DNA of 64,000 nt from Eledone cirrhosa (Eukaryota): positions 11,656,001 to 11,720,000 of the forward strand of contig OZ024766.1 of the NCBI GenBank assembly GCA_964016885.1. The letters run 5' to 3'. Every line of letters begins with the position of its first letter. The first letter of the stretch is position 1. Below, one piece after another: positions 1-11,049 of this stretch. A model generated the notes under the pieces. The model worked only from the letters and a program-made list of their open reading frames with translations. It searched no databases and was not told where the DNA came from. A program made the position numbers and the translations under genes.

Positions 1-488
1 CTTTACTGTGAAAATATAATAGTATATATAGAGTAATGTAAATGTTATGTGAGATATTATGTGAGGTAAAGCCTTTACTGTGACAATACAATAGTATATA
101 TAGAGTAATGTAAATGTTATGTGAGGTATTATGTGAGGTAAAGCCTTTACTGTGAAAATACAATAGTATATATAGAGTAATGTAAATGTTATGTGAGATA
201 TTATGTGAGGTAAAGCCTTTACTGTGAAAATACAATACTATATATAGAGTAATGTAAATGTTATGTGAGATATTATGTGAGGTAAAGCCTTTACTGTGAA
301 AATACAATAGTATATATAGAGTAATGTAAATGTTATGTGAGATATTATGTGAGGTAAAGCCTTTACTGTGACAATACAATAGTATATATAGAGTAATGTA
401 AATGTTATGTGAGATATTATGTGAGGTAAAGCCTTTACTGTGAAAATACAATAGTATATATAGAGTAATGTAAATGCTAAAGGGTTAA
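1..488 (-). repeat. 72-bp tandem repeat (~6.5 copies) derived from the end of a piggyBac-like MITE, ending in AAAGGGTTAA
   Basis: Period 72 (ORF 238..546 repeats every 24 aa). The unit is the reverse complement of the left part of the MITE at 4440-4666. The array ends gctaaagggttaa. Confidence 0.75.
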
Positions 489-648
489 GGAATGTTTTAG
501 CATTGTAGGGGTGAGGATTGGGTAAGACAAAGATATTCTCAGACATGAAATCCCTGCCCTGGAGGTGGAGGTATTTGCGTTAGGGTGGAGTTGGGTGCTA
601 AGAGCACCACTAGAGGGCCAGGTGGTTTTCTGTTATCTAAGAACAGCA

Positions 649-1052
649 TATACACACACACACACACATATATATATATATGGATATATAGGTATATATG
701 TGTGTATATATATATATATATGTGTATATATAGGTATATATATATGTATGTGTATATATAGGTATATATGTATATGTATGTATATATATAGCTATATATA
801 TATATGTACGTATGTATATATATATATATGTATTTATATATATAGGTATATGTATGTATATATATATAGGTATATATATGTATATATGTATATGTATGTA
901 TATATATATATATAGGTATATATACGGATATGTATGTATATATATATATAGGTATATATATGGATATGTATGTATGTATATAGGTATATATGTATACGTA
1001 TGTATATATATATATAGGTATATATATGTATATATATATCTATGGATGTATA

Positions 1053-1099
<47 letters not shown>

Positions 1100-1216
1100 G
1101 TGTGTATGTATATATGTGTATGTATATATGTATATGTATATGTATATATGTGTATGTATATGTATATATGTGTATGTATATATATATGTGTATGTATATA
1201 CATATAGGTATATATG

Positions 1217-1264
<48 letters not shown>

Positions 1265-1291
1265 TATATATGTATGTATGTATATATATAT

Positions 1292-1354
<63 letters not shown>

Positions 1355-1366
1355 TATATATGTATG

Positions 1367-1424
<58 letters not shown>

Positions 1425-1462
1425 CACACCAGACACACAGATGTGTGTTTTCCTCTGTGTGC

Positions 1463-1537
<75 letters not shown>

Positions 1538-1543
1538 TACACA
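649..1543. repeat. (TA)n/(TATG)n compound microsatellite
   Basis: Direct inspection; the overlapping Y/I ORFs are artefacts. Confidence 0.95.
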
Positions 1544-1957
1544 GTTTTATAGCTGTGACATAACACGAAAAGGGTGGATGTGAATGTGTGTTAAGTTTTG
1601 AGTGTTTCGTGTCCCTTTCTCTTCATGAGGGGGACACACACACACACACCCTATCCCCTACTCTTCAACCGCCACCCTGAACCCCTTCTTCCCTAGCCCC
1701 CAGCCCCTCCTCTTACCCCCCCCCCCTCCCTCCCCGACCCCCTCTTCCTTAGCCCCCCGAGCCCCCTTTCCTTAGTCCTCCCCTACCCCCCGCCCCACCC
1801 CGAGCCCCCTCTTTCCTTACTGCTTCTCAAGCCCCCATTCTCTGCTCTTAATATGTAATAGTTGACATAACTTCACTGTAAGCCTCTCTGGCTCTCCTTG
1901 CCACTTGTGGTTGACAGGTTTAGTTGTTTGGGGACTGTGTGGGTGGGGGTGAGAGGC

Positions 1958-1985
1958 TGTGTGTGTGTGTGTGAGGGAGAGACAG

Positions 1986-2031
<46 letters not shown>

Positions 2032-2364
2032 TGTGTGAGAGAGAGAGACAGTGTGTGTGTGAGAGAGAGAGAGAGAGATAGTGTGTGTGTGTGTGAGAGA
2101 GAGAGAGACAGTGTGTGTGTGAGAGAGAGATAGTGTGTGTGAGAGAGAGAGAGATAGTGTGTGTGAGAAAGAGAGAGAGAGAGATAGTGTGTGTGTGAAA
2201 GAGAGAGATAGTGTGTGTGTGAAAGAGAGAGATAGTGTGTGTGTGAAAGAGAGAGATAGTGTGTGTGTGAAAGAGAGAGATAGTGTGTGTGTGAGAGTGA
2301 GAGAGATAGTGTGTTTGTGTGTGAGAGAGAGAGAGATAGTGTGTGTGTGAGAGAGAGAGAGATA

Positions 2365-2396
<32 letters not shown>

Positions 2397-2679
2397 TAGT
2401 GTGTGTGAGAGCGAGAGAGAGATAGTGTGTGTGTGTGTGTGAAAGAGAGAGATAGTGTGTGTGTGTGTGAGAGAGAGAGATAGTGTGTGTGTGTGAGAGA
2501 GAGAGAGAGATAGTGTGTGTGTGAGAGAGAGAGAGAGAGATAGTGTGTGTGTGTGTGAGAGAGAGAGATAGTGTGTGTGAGAGCGAGAGAGAGATAGTGT
2601 GTGTGTGTGAGAGAGAGAGATAGTGTGTGTGTGTGAGAGAGAGAGATAGTGTGTGTGAGAGAGAGAGAGAGAGAGATAG
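1958..2679. repeat. Higher-order (GT)n(GA)n-TA compound microsatellite
   Basis: Repeating gagatagtgtgtgt blocks. Confidence 0.95.
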
Positions 2680-2875
2680 AACTGGACTGCCAAAGTAGAT
2701 AAAGGTCTTACTAAAAGAATGTACAGGCACCGCAGCCGAGTGCCAGATATCTTCAGTGGGAGATGATAGAAGCCTGCATGTCGGTGTCTGTGTGGTGGGG
2801 TCAATATGGGGGCTTGATATATCTCCCTCCTTTCAGTTGAGATCTAGCTAACCACTTTCTGTCACCATTATATAA

Positions 2876-3328
2876 TACAAGCACAGAGTTACGGCCCTTG
2901 CCATTCTGAGTTCAAATCCCGCCGAGGTTAACTTTACCTTTCATCCTTACGGGGTCGATAAAATAAAGTACCAGTAATGTACTGGGGTAATTCCTGGCCT
3001 TGTGACTAACGTAGAAACAATTATATACAAGCACAGAGTTACGGCCCTTGCCATTCTGAGTTCAAATCCCGCCGAGGTTAACTTTACCTTTCATCCTTAC
3101 GGGGTCGATAAAATAAAGTACCAGTAATGTACTGGGGTAATTCCTGGCCTTGTGCCTAACGTAGAAACAATTATATACAAGCACAGAGTTACGGCCCTTG
3201 CCATTCTGAGTTCAAATCCCGCCGAGGTTAACTTTGCCTTTCATCCTTACGGGGTCGATAAAATAAAGTACCAGTAATGTACTGGGGTAATTCCTGGCCT
3301 TGTGCCTAACGTAGACACAATTATATAC
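2876..3328 (+). repeat. Three tandem 150-bp copies of a 5'-truncated tRNA-derived SINE (family M)
   Basis: gcacagagtt at 2881, 3031 and 3181. Each copy has B-box GAGTTCAAATCC and the gcctttcatccttacggggtcgataaa domain. Confidence 0.85.
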
Positions 3329-3401
3329 ATGATTATTAAACTCCTTCAAATTCTTCAGTATTTTCAAAACCTTAGGGGACAGTGTCTTTCATAAGAATGT
3401 C

Positions 3402-5355
3402 TTTATATTTATCTATAAACCTTCCATCATAATTTTATGTAAGAACCTTTGTTGAGTTATGTTCCAAATACTCCTGGTTCTGTGATACAAAACTGTTTTA
3501 AAGTGTTTATATTTATCTATAAACCTTCCATCATAATTTTATGTAAGAACCTTTGTTGAGTTATGTTCCAAATACTCCTGGTTCTGTGATACAAAACTGT
3601 TTTAAAGTGTTTATATTTATCTATAAACCTTCCATCATAATTTTATGTAAGAACTTTTGTTAAGTTATGTTCCAAATACTCCTGGTTCTGTGATACAAAA
3701 CTGTTTTAAAGTGTTTATATTTATCTATAAACCTTCCATCATAATTTTATGTAAGAACCTTTGTTAAGTTATGTTCCAAATACTCCTGGTTCTGTGATAC
3801 AAAACTGTTTTAAAGTGTTTATATTTATCTAGAAACCTTCCATCATAATTTTATGTACGAACCTTTGTTAAGTTATGTTCCAAACACCCCTGGTTCTATG
3901 ATACAAAACTTTTTGTTTTAAAGTGTTTATATTTATCTAAAAACCTTCCATCATAATTTTATGTAAGAACCTTTGTTAAGTTATGTTCCAAATACTCCTG
4001 GTTCTGTGATACAAAACTGTTTTAAAGTGTTTATATTTATCTATAAACCTTCCATCATAATATTATGTAAGAACCTTTGTTAAGTTATGTTCCAAACACC
4101 CCTGGTTCTATGATACAAAACTGTTTTAAAGTGTTTATATTTATCTATAAACCTTCCATCATAATTTTGTGTAAGAACCTTTGTTAAGTTATGTTTCAAA
4201 TACTCCTAGTTCTGTGATACAAAACTGTTTTAAAGTGTTTCTATTTATCTATAAACCTTCCATCATAATTTTATGTAAGAACCTTTGTTAAGTTATGTTC
4301 CAAACACCCCTGGTTCTATGATACAAAACTGTTTTAAAGTGTTTATATTTATCTATAAACCTTCCATCATAATTTTATGTAAGAACCTTTGTTAAGTCAT
4401 GTTCCAAATACTCCTGGTTCTGTGATACAACTTTGTGTTTTAACCCTTTAACAATCACATTACTCTATATATACTATTGTATTTTTGTGGTAAAAGCTTT
4501 ATCTTGCATAATTATCTCACATAATATCGAATCTATGAGATTTTGATGTTATTTATTATGAGAACAATACCTTAACAGAAGTATGAGTGGCTAGTTACTG
4601 CTGGTTTGGACGAGAAAGAGGTGAGAGATTGGCTGGATATGGCTGGTTTAAAGGCTAAAGGGTTAGAGTGTTTATATTTATCTAGAAACCTTCCATCATA
4701 ATTTTATGTACGAACCTTTGTTAAGTTATGTTCCAAACACCCCTGGTTCTATGATACAAAACTTTTTGTTTTAAAGTGTTTATATTTATCTAAAAACCTT
4801 CCATCATAATTTTGTGTAAGAACTTTTAAGTTATGTTCCAAAAACCCCTGTTTCTATGATATAAAATTGTTTTAAAGTGCTTATATTTATCTCGAAATTT
4901 TCCATTTTAATCTTGTGTAGGAACATTTGTTAAGTTATGTTCCAAACACCGCTGGTTCTATGATACAAAGCTGTTTGTTTTAAAGTGTTTATATTTACCT
5001 AAAAACCTTCCATCATAATTTTATGTAAGAACCTTTGTTAAGTTATATTCCAAACACCCCAGGTTCTATGACTGTTTATATTTATCTAAAAACCTTCCAT
5101 CATAATTTTATGTAAGAACCTTTGTTAAGTTATGTTCCAAACACTCCAGGTTCTATGATAGTGTTTATATTTATCTAAAGAACATCTATCATAATTTTCT
5201 GTAAATACTAAATCCCTCCAAATTCTTTAATACTGTCAAAATTATTAAGGTACAGTGTTATTATTTTAAAGAATATAAAGTGTTTATTTCATCTAAAAAC
5301 TGTCCATCATAAATTAATGTAAGAACCTTTGTTAAGTTATGTTCCAAACACCAGC
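3402..5355. repeat. ~104-bp tandem array, interrupted by a MITE
   Basis: Unit start tttatatttatct at 3402, 3506 and 3610. The reverse complement of part of the unit occurs at 19610-19660. Confidence 0.9.
4440..4666. mobile_element. piggyBac-like MITE (~225 bp)
   Basis: Ends TTAACCCTTTA ... TAAAGGGTTAG, i.e. TTAA followed by CCCT termini. Related fragments occur at ~20815 and ~55690-55860. Confidence 0.65.
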
Positions 5356-5501
5356 TTAATAATAAAAAAGTTAGTTATATTTCTAAATCCCTCCAAATTT
5401 GTTATTATTTTCAAAACTGACAACAGTGGACAAGTGTCTTTCATTATAAATATGTATAGACACTTTGATTACCTGTACAGGTCAATATTCATTAGAAGGC
5501 T

Positions 5502-5547
<46 letters not shown>

Positions 5548-5551
<4 letters not shown>

Positions 5552-5960
5552 CCGGGTTCAGTATGAATCCGGTGACATCATCAGGTATTCGAAATATAAC
5601 AAAGAAATATAACAGATAAAATCCATGGGGCTGAAAATCAGAGACAGGAGGGCGGCCGACCGGGTTAGAAGTTGCTAAATGTTCGGTCCATGGATTTTGT
5701 CTGTTATATTTTGAATACCTGATGATGTCACAGGATTCATACTGAACCCGGTCATTGAAATGTTCATAGTATAATAAACCTTTCAAGGAATTACACCAGT
5801 CCAGCCTCCTGTTATTTTATAATAATTAACTCCGTACTCGCACCACCAACTACACAAATGAAGAGGGGTGAGTTGCATTACGTCGAGTACTCTCCCTAAT
5901 ATTACATCAGGGTTGACCATACGGAATGACCAGTTCTATCCAACAAACCTAAATAAATAA
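5548..5960 (+). mobile_element. Short (TA)n-inserted hammerhead element, family A, with inverted 5' duplication
   Basis: 5548-5602 is the reverse complement of ~5702-5755. Flanked by (TA)n. A second copy lies at ~10092-10445. Confidence 0.7.
5715..5772 (+). ncRNA. Type I hammerhead ribozyme, family A
   Basis: ATAC-CTGATGA-[tgtcacagg..ttc..gaa..ccggtcatt]-GAAA-TGTTCA-TA/GTAT. Stem I ATAC:GTAT; AUA cleavage triplet. Confidence 0.7.
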
Positions 5961-5978
5961 ATATATATATATATATAT

Positions 5979-6102
5979 GGAGGCACATGTCTTAGTGGTT
6001 AGAGCATTGGCCTTGCAATCGAAAGGTTGTGAGTTCAAATCTCAGACCGGGTGATGTGTTGTTTCCTTGAGCAAGACACTTTATTTCACATTGCTCCAGT
6101 TT
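5979..6102 (+). mobile_element. tRNA-derived CORE-like SINE head (family C), partial
   Basis: A-box-like tgtcttagtggtt, B-box gagttcaaatc, and CORE-like ttccttgagcaagacactt. Confidence 0.75.
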
Positions 6103-6254
6103 ACGTCGAGTGCTCTCCCTAATGATGAATACCTAATGATGTCACAGGATTCATACTGAACCCGGTCATTGAAATGTTCAAGGTTGACTATACGGAATGA
6201 CCAGTTCTATCCAGTGGTGAACCAACAAACCTAAATATATATATATATATATAT

Positions 6255-6472
6255 GGAGGCACATGGCTTAGTGGTTAGAACATTGGCCTTGCAATCGAAA
6301 GGTTGTGAGTTCAAATCTCACCGGGTGATGTGTTGTTTCCTTGAGCAAGACACTTTATTTCAAATTCCGCCGAGGTTGACTTTGCCTTTCACCCTTACGG
6401 GGTCGATAACATAAAGTACCAGTAATACACTGGGTAATTGCTGGCCTTGTGCCAAACGTAGAAACAATTACT
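6255..6472 (+). mobile_element. Chimeric SINE: family C head joined to family M body and tail
   Basis: Switches at ttatttcaaattccgccgagg from CORE-type sequence to the gcctttcacccttacggggtcgata domain. Confidence 0.7.
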
Positions 6473-6588
6473 ATATATATGACTTTTGCAAGAGATGTCA
6501 ACATGAATGGACCTGTTATTTTTATCTAAAGACATATTTTCCAATTCCACCCCGCCCGTCCCCTCAATCTATCTTATTTCTCATTCTT

Positions 6589-6624
6589 TCTTCTGATGAA
6601 GGACTAGCATCCGAAACGTTAAGA
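6589..6624 (+). ncRNA. Minimal type I hammerhead ribozyme (family E)
   Basis: TCTT-CTGATGA-A-GGA[ctagca]TCC-GAAA-CG-TT/AAGA. Palindromic AACGTT stem III, as in dimeric Penelope-type minimal hammerheads. Confidence 0.7.
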
Positions 6625-6716
6625 CCCTCTTCCTGCTATTTCAAGCGTTAACCTAATATATACCTTCCATATACTGTACCGATTGTGTTGTTATTTCTGT
6701 TTACCTTTTACATATG

Positions 6717-6783
<67 letters not shown>

Positions 6784-6828
6784 AAGTTAAATAATAAGTC
6801 AAATGATTAAAATATAGCTTCGTTTATT

Positions 6829-6883
6829 ACTGCTATATATATTTCAGTGACAGCCATCTTTGGCTGTGTCCTCTTCAGGCAGT
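6829..6883 (-). ncRNA. Type I hammerhead ribozyme (family F)
   Basis: Minus strand: ACTGC-CTGAAGA-ggacACAGCCA[aaga]TGGCTGTcact-GAAA-TATATA-TA/GCAGT. 5-bp stem I, 7-bp stem II core, palindromic stem III. Confidence 0.8.
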
Positions 6884-7004
6884 CCGAATTAGTGTGGTAT
6901 AGACAAGTACATATGTTGTTGAGGTGTATAATTTTGTCAATACTCTGATATGCCCAGTTCCTGGTTGGGTTGTTGTTTCACTGAGGAACAACCAACATAT
7001 ACTC

Positions 7005-7094
<90 letters not shown>

Positions 7095-7297
7095 CACCCC
7101 CTACTAAACACTCTCTTATGTCCCTGACTACTGATAGTGTATTTGATAAACATCTTTATTACTGTTTCTTTACCTAGCATTAATCATATTTTATGACAGG
7201 TGTGACTGTGTGAGTGTGTGTGTGTATATATATATACCAGGTGGTGGTATTAGTTAGACATGGCCTGGGCTAATACTGGCCGGAACCTATCAAAGTT

Positions 7298-7626
7298 GGC
7301 TTAGTGGTTAGAGCATTGGGCTTGCAATCGAAAGGTTGTGAGTTCAATTCTCAGACTGGGTGATGTGTTGTTTCCTTGAGCAAGACACTTTATTTCACAT
7401 TGCTCCAGTTTACTCAGCTGTAGAAATGAGATGATAGGGACTGGGGTCCCTATCATTCCACTGCAAAAGTGGCCGTGGAGGTGCCACGGCAAAAAAGCAC
7501 CCAGCACTCACTGTAAATGAGGTTGGTGTTAGGAAGGGCATCCAGCTGTAGAAATCAAGCCCGAATCAGTTCCCGTCCCACCCTTGCAAGCAGGGAAAAG
7601 TGGACGTAAAATGATGATGATGATGA
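7298..7626 (+). mobile_element. Near-full-length SINE family C (tRNA head, CORE-like domain, RTE-like 3' tail with (ATG)n)
   Basis: A/B boxes, hairpin atgatagggac-tggg-gtccctatcat, and tail ggacgtaaaatgatgatg shared with the RTE 3' end at 25115. Confidence 0.85.
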
Positions 7627-7699
7627 AATGAATATATATATATTTATATATATATACATATATATATATATATTTAATACAATAACAGAGATAGTTTAA

Positions 7700-7905
7700 A
7701 GCTAAACTCTAATATAGAAATGGCTTCTACAGGACTAGAACGGTATCATTCAGAGGAAATTATCATGAAAGCCTCCGAATGTATGTATGTATATGAAACA
7801 GTTCTAGCCCTGTAGGAGTCATTTCTATATTAAATCTTTATACTCTGCTATGTATTGAGCACCTTACTTACTGTGGTTATCCCCGATTAAACCTGGGATA
7901 AACAT
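7700..7905 (+). mobile_element. Degenerate hammerhead element family D with inverted arm
   Basis: ctacaggactagaac / gaaacagttctagccctgtag arms. The 3' end ttactgtggttatccccg is shared with 8810, 15600 and 36550. Confidence 0.6.
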
Positions 7906-7959
7906 ATATATGTATATATATATATATATACATATATGTATGTATATATATATACATAC

Positions 7960-8063
<104 letters not shown>

Positions 8064-8144
8064 GTATATATATACATACATATACATACATGTATATATA
8101 TATATATATGTATGTATATATATATACATATATATGTATGTATG

Positions 8145-8272
<128 letters not shown>

Positions 8273-8328
8273 CATGTATATATATATATATATGTATGTA
8301 TATATATATACATATATATATATGTATG

Positions 8329-8380
<52 letters not shown>

Positions 8381-8409
8381 TATATGTATATATATACATA
8401 CATACATAT

Positions 8410-8441
<32 letters not shown>

Positions 8442-8511
8442 CATGTTTAATATAGAAAGGCTTCTACAGGACTAGAACTGTTTTATTCAAAAGAAGTCAG
8501 TTCTAGTCCTG

Positions 8512-8737
8512 TAGGCATGTCAAACAGGGTCCCCTGAGGGCCACACGGGTCACACATGTGTTGTCTGAGGGTCACACGGGTCACATGTGTTGCCTGAGGG
8601 TCACAGGGGTCACACATGTTGCCTGAGGGCCACACATTACAACTCATATTTTTATTTTTTATTACAAAGATAAAACATAGTCGCGCTGTAAAAACCTTTG
8701 TGTGGGCCGCCGCTGTTTGTAATGTTTGACATGTCTG
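8512..8737. mobile_element. hAT-like MITE inserted in a family D element
   Basis: TIRs taggcatgtcaaaca / tgtttgacatgtctg. It interrupts tcctgtagaagcc. No clean 8-bp TSD. Confidence 0.55.
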
Positions 8738-8933
8738 CTGTAGAAGCCATTTTTATGTTAAACATGATATATCTATATGTTTACACTCTACTAATGTATT
8801 GAGTACCTTCCTTACTGTGGTTATCTCGATTGAGCCCGAGGCCCACATATATATATATACACTCACACACACATTATATATATATATATATATTTTGAAA
8901 TATCCAGTTCTGCGTTTACAGATTGACTTTGTT

Positions 8934-8984
8934 AGTTTCAGAAGATCCCGTTAAGGGTGAAAGCAGCGATTCTTTGCTTAAACT
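8934..8984 (+). ncRNA. Hammerhead-like fold with variant core CAGAAGA (family G)
   Basis: AGTTT-CAGAAGA-T-CCC[gttaa]GGG-T-GAAA-GCA[gcgattctt]TGC-TT/AAACT. All three stems pair. Confidence 0.65.
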
Positions 8985-9000
8985 TTAATCTGTTATTTTA

Positions 9001-9038
<38 letters not shown>

Positions 9039-9039
<1 letters not shown>

Positions 9040-9301
9040 GTAGGAGGTGAGTTTTACTGTAGTACAATAAAGCAATGCAGATATCGGATAAGAAGCACTC
9101 TACAGTTTGTAGGACTGGAGTATACATAATATATAAGAACAATATGTTGATTTAAAACTGCACTATCCACAAGTGTTTTTTAACCTTCATATCATGTCTT
9201 CCTGTTTTATCTGATGAAAACAAATATTATTGCATGATGATATTTGTTTTTGAAATGCGCATAATAAAATACATGGAACTCTTTTAACCATCTTTTGTTC
9301 T

Positions 9302-9310
<9 letters not shown>
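9039..9310 (+). mobile_element. Hammerhead element family B, rearranged (inverted 3' end followed by sense 5' part)
   Basis: 9039-9142 is the reverse complement of the 3' part of 15697-15951. The rest matches its 5' part. Confidence 0.75.
9205..9269 (+). ncRNA. Type I hammerhead ribozyme, family B
   Basis: TTTTAT-CTGATGA-AAACAAATATtattgcatgatgATATTTGTTTtt-GAAA-TGCGCA-TA/ATAAAA. Palindromic ATGCGCAT stem III. Confidence 0.85.
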
Positions 9311-9332
<22 letters not shown>

Positions 9333-9334
<2 letters not shown>

Positions 9335-9660
9335 CTGATTAATGTTCAGAGCCATCCTCAGCATTCTCGTGTAGCACCCATCCACCATCTGAGTGAGTTT
9401 CTTGGTCAGTGTCCAAGTCTCAGACCCGTACAGCAGCACAGACTCCACTATAGCAATGAAGAGGCGGATTTTCCTGTGGGAGCCCCTACATGGACACACT
9501 AGAAGAGGAAGACCAAGGTTAACGTATGTTGATGCCCTAAGGACAGACACTGGTCTGTTGGAGATGCAGGACATGGCAGCGATAATGAGGGACAGAGACC
9601 ACTGGAGAGAACTCGTCCATGGATCTCGGGAATTTTACCCGCCTTAGATAGATAGATATA
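9333..9660 (+). mobile_element. RTE-clade LINE 3' fragment with inverted 5' part
   Basis: Minus strand encodes VESVLLYGSETWTLTKK...YTRMLRMALNINQY; plus strand encodes LWEPLHGHTRRGRPRLTY. (TAGA)n tail. Confidence 0.8.
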
Positions 9661-9685
9661 TATTTATTTATTAAAATAACAGATT

Positions 9686-9740
9686 AAAGTTTAAGCAAAG
9701 AATCGCTGCTTTCACCCTTAACGGGATCTTCTGAAACTTT
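9686..9740 (-). ncRNA. Second copy of the CAGAAGA-core hammerhead-like fold (family G)
   Basis: Minus strand: AAAGTTT-CAGAAGA...GAAAGCA..TGCTT/AAACTTT, with a 7-bp stem I. Confidence 0.65.
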
Positions 9741-9856
9741 GCTTAAACTTTAATCTGTTATTTTAATAAATATTTGCTCTACGGTTCTTATATATTTGAT
9801 ATATATTTACCCTTATCGAACCCTCTTTGGATTTTAGTCTTCAAATTTATTATTAT

Positions 9857-9889
<33 letters not shown>

Positions 9890-9892
<3 letters not shown>

Positions 9893-10085
9893 CAAAGGAA
9901 TTGTGGTAAGGAACCAGATTGACCATAACACACCAGAGTATTCAATACTTAGGGTAGTAGAGTGGGAAATAGGAAAAAGTATGACCCGACGGCAGAGCTC
10001 AAGCCGTTTCGACGGCTATTTCTGGACTAGAAATAGCCGTCGAAACGGCTTGAGCTCTGCCGTCGGGGTCATACTTTTTCCTATA
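9890..10085. mobile_element. (TA)n-inserted palindromic element, family H
   Basis: Near-perfect inverted repeat ~9968-10085 containing GAAACGGC..GCCGTC. Relatives at 36830-37012, 54056-54115 and 58082-58290. Confidence 0.65.
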
Positions 10086-10193
10086 TATATATTGAAGGCA
10101 GTTAACCGAACTAGAAACTGCTAAATGTGTGGCCGCCTTCTTGTCTCTCTGCCTTTTCGGCCCCATGGATTATATTCCTTTGTTATATTTCGA

Positions 10194-10251
10194 ATACCTG
10201 ATGATGTCACCGGATTCATACGGAACCCGGTCATTGAAATGTTCATAGTAT
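10194..10251 (+). ncRNA. Type I hammerhead ribozyme, family A (best copy)
   Basis: ATAC-CTGATGA-tgtcACCGGaTTC[atacg]GAAcCCGGTcatt-GAAA-TGTTCA-TA/GTAT. Confidence 0.75.
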
Positions 10252-10469
10252 AATAAACCTTTCAAGGAATTACACCAGTCCAGTCCCCTGTTATTTTATA
10301 ATAATTAACTCCGTACTCGCACCACCAACTACACAAACGAAGACGGTTGAGTTGCATTACGTCGAGTGCTCTCCCTAATATTACATCAAGGTTGACCATA
10401 CGGAATGACCAGTTCTCTCCAGTGGTGAACCAACAAACCTAAATATATATATATATATATATATATTAT

Positions 10470-10722
10470 AGCGGCGATGAATTAGTTTTGCGAGGTTTTT
10501 GATATGAAATCGTGTGTCGAAACAAATATTGTTATACTTGGGGAGGGTCATATTTATGTAATATTGCCAGAATTAATAACAGAACACACTCACTGTTTGG
10601 TTGGTTTTCGCTTCTCGCTTCTGTATCTTTTATATCGGTAATCTAACTTACTCGGTCCTCAATGTTGCCATTGACTGACCAACGGTCAAAAATAATACAG
10701 ATACAATATAAACACAAACACA
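10470..10722. mobile_element. Short (TA)n-flanked dispersed repeat (family J)
   Basis: Near-identical copies at 37690-37880, 49985-50225 and 53885-54035. Confidence 0.7.
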
Positions 10723-10819
10723 TATATATATATATTATAAGAACAGATTAAAGTTTAAGCAAAGAATCGCTGCTTTCACCCTTAACGGATTTTAGTCTTC
10801 ACCTTTATTATTACTATTA

Positions 10820-11011
10820 GGCAGTGGATTGGCAGTATCGGTAGAGGGTCGGATGCCATGCTTTGAAGCATAGAGTTACCTCCCTTTATAATCTGAGTTC
10901 AAATCCCGCCGAGGTTAACTTTGCCTTTCATTCTTACGGGGTCGATAAAATAAAGTACCAGTAATACACTGGGATAATTGCTGGCCTTCTGCCTAAAGTA
11001 GAAACTATTAT

Positions 11012-11016
<5 letters not shown>
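10820..11016 (+). mobile_element. Full-length tRNA-derived SINE family M
   Basis: A-box tggcagtatcgg, B-box gagttcaaatcc, central domain, (TTA)n tail. Confidence 0.85.

Positions 11017-11046
<30 letters not shown>

Positions 11047-11049
<3 letters not shown>

Noticed and set aside
2715-2762. CTGAAGA followed by a hairpin on the minus strand
   Set aside because: No GAAA, stem III or stem I partner.
5979-6050. Possible tRNA genes at SINE heads
   Set aside because: They continue into SINE bodies, occur in many diverged copies and lack a proper acceptor stem.
10470-10540. Family J motif gcgatga...gtcGAAACAAatattgTTA as a hammerhead
   Set aside because: The core would be GCGAUGA in both full copies, and I could not find convincing stems I and II.
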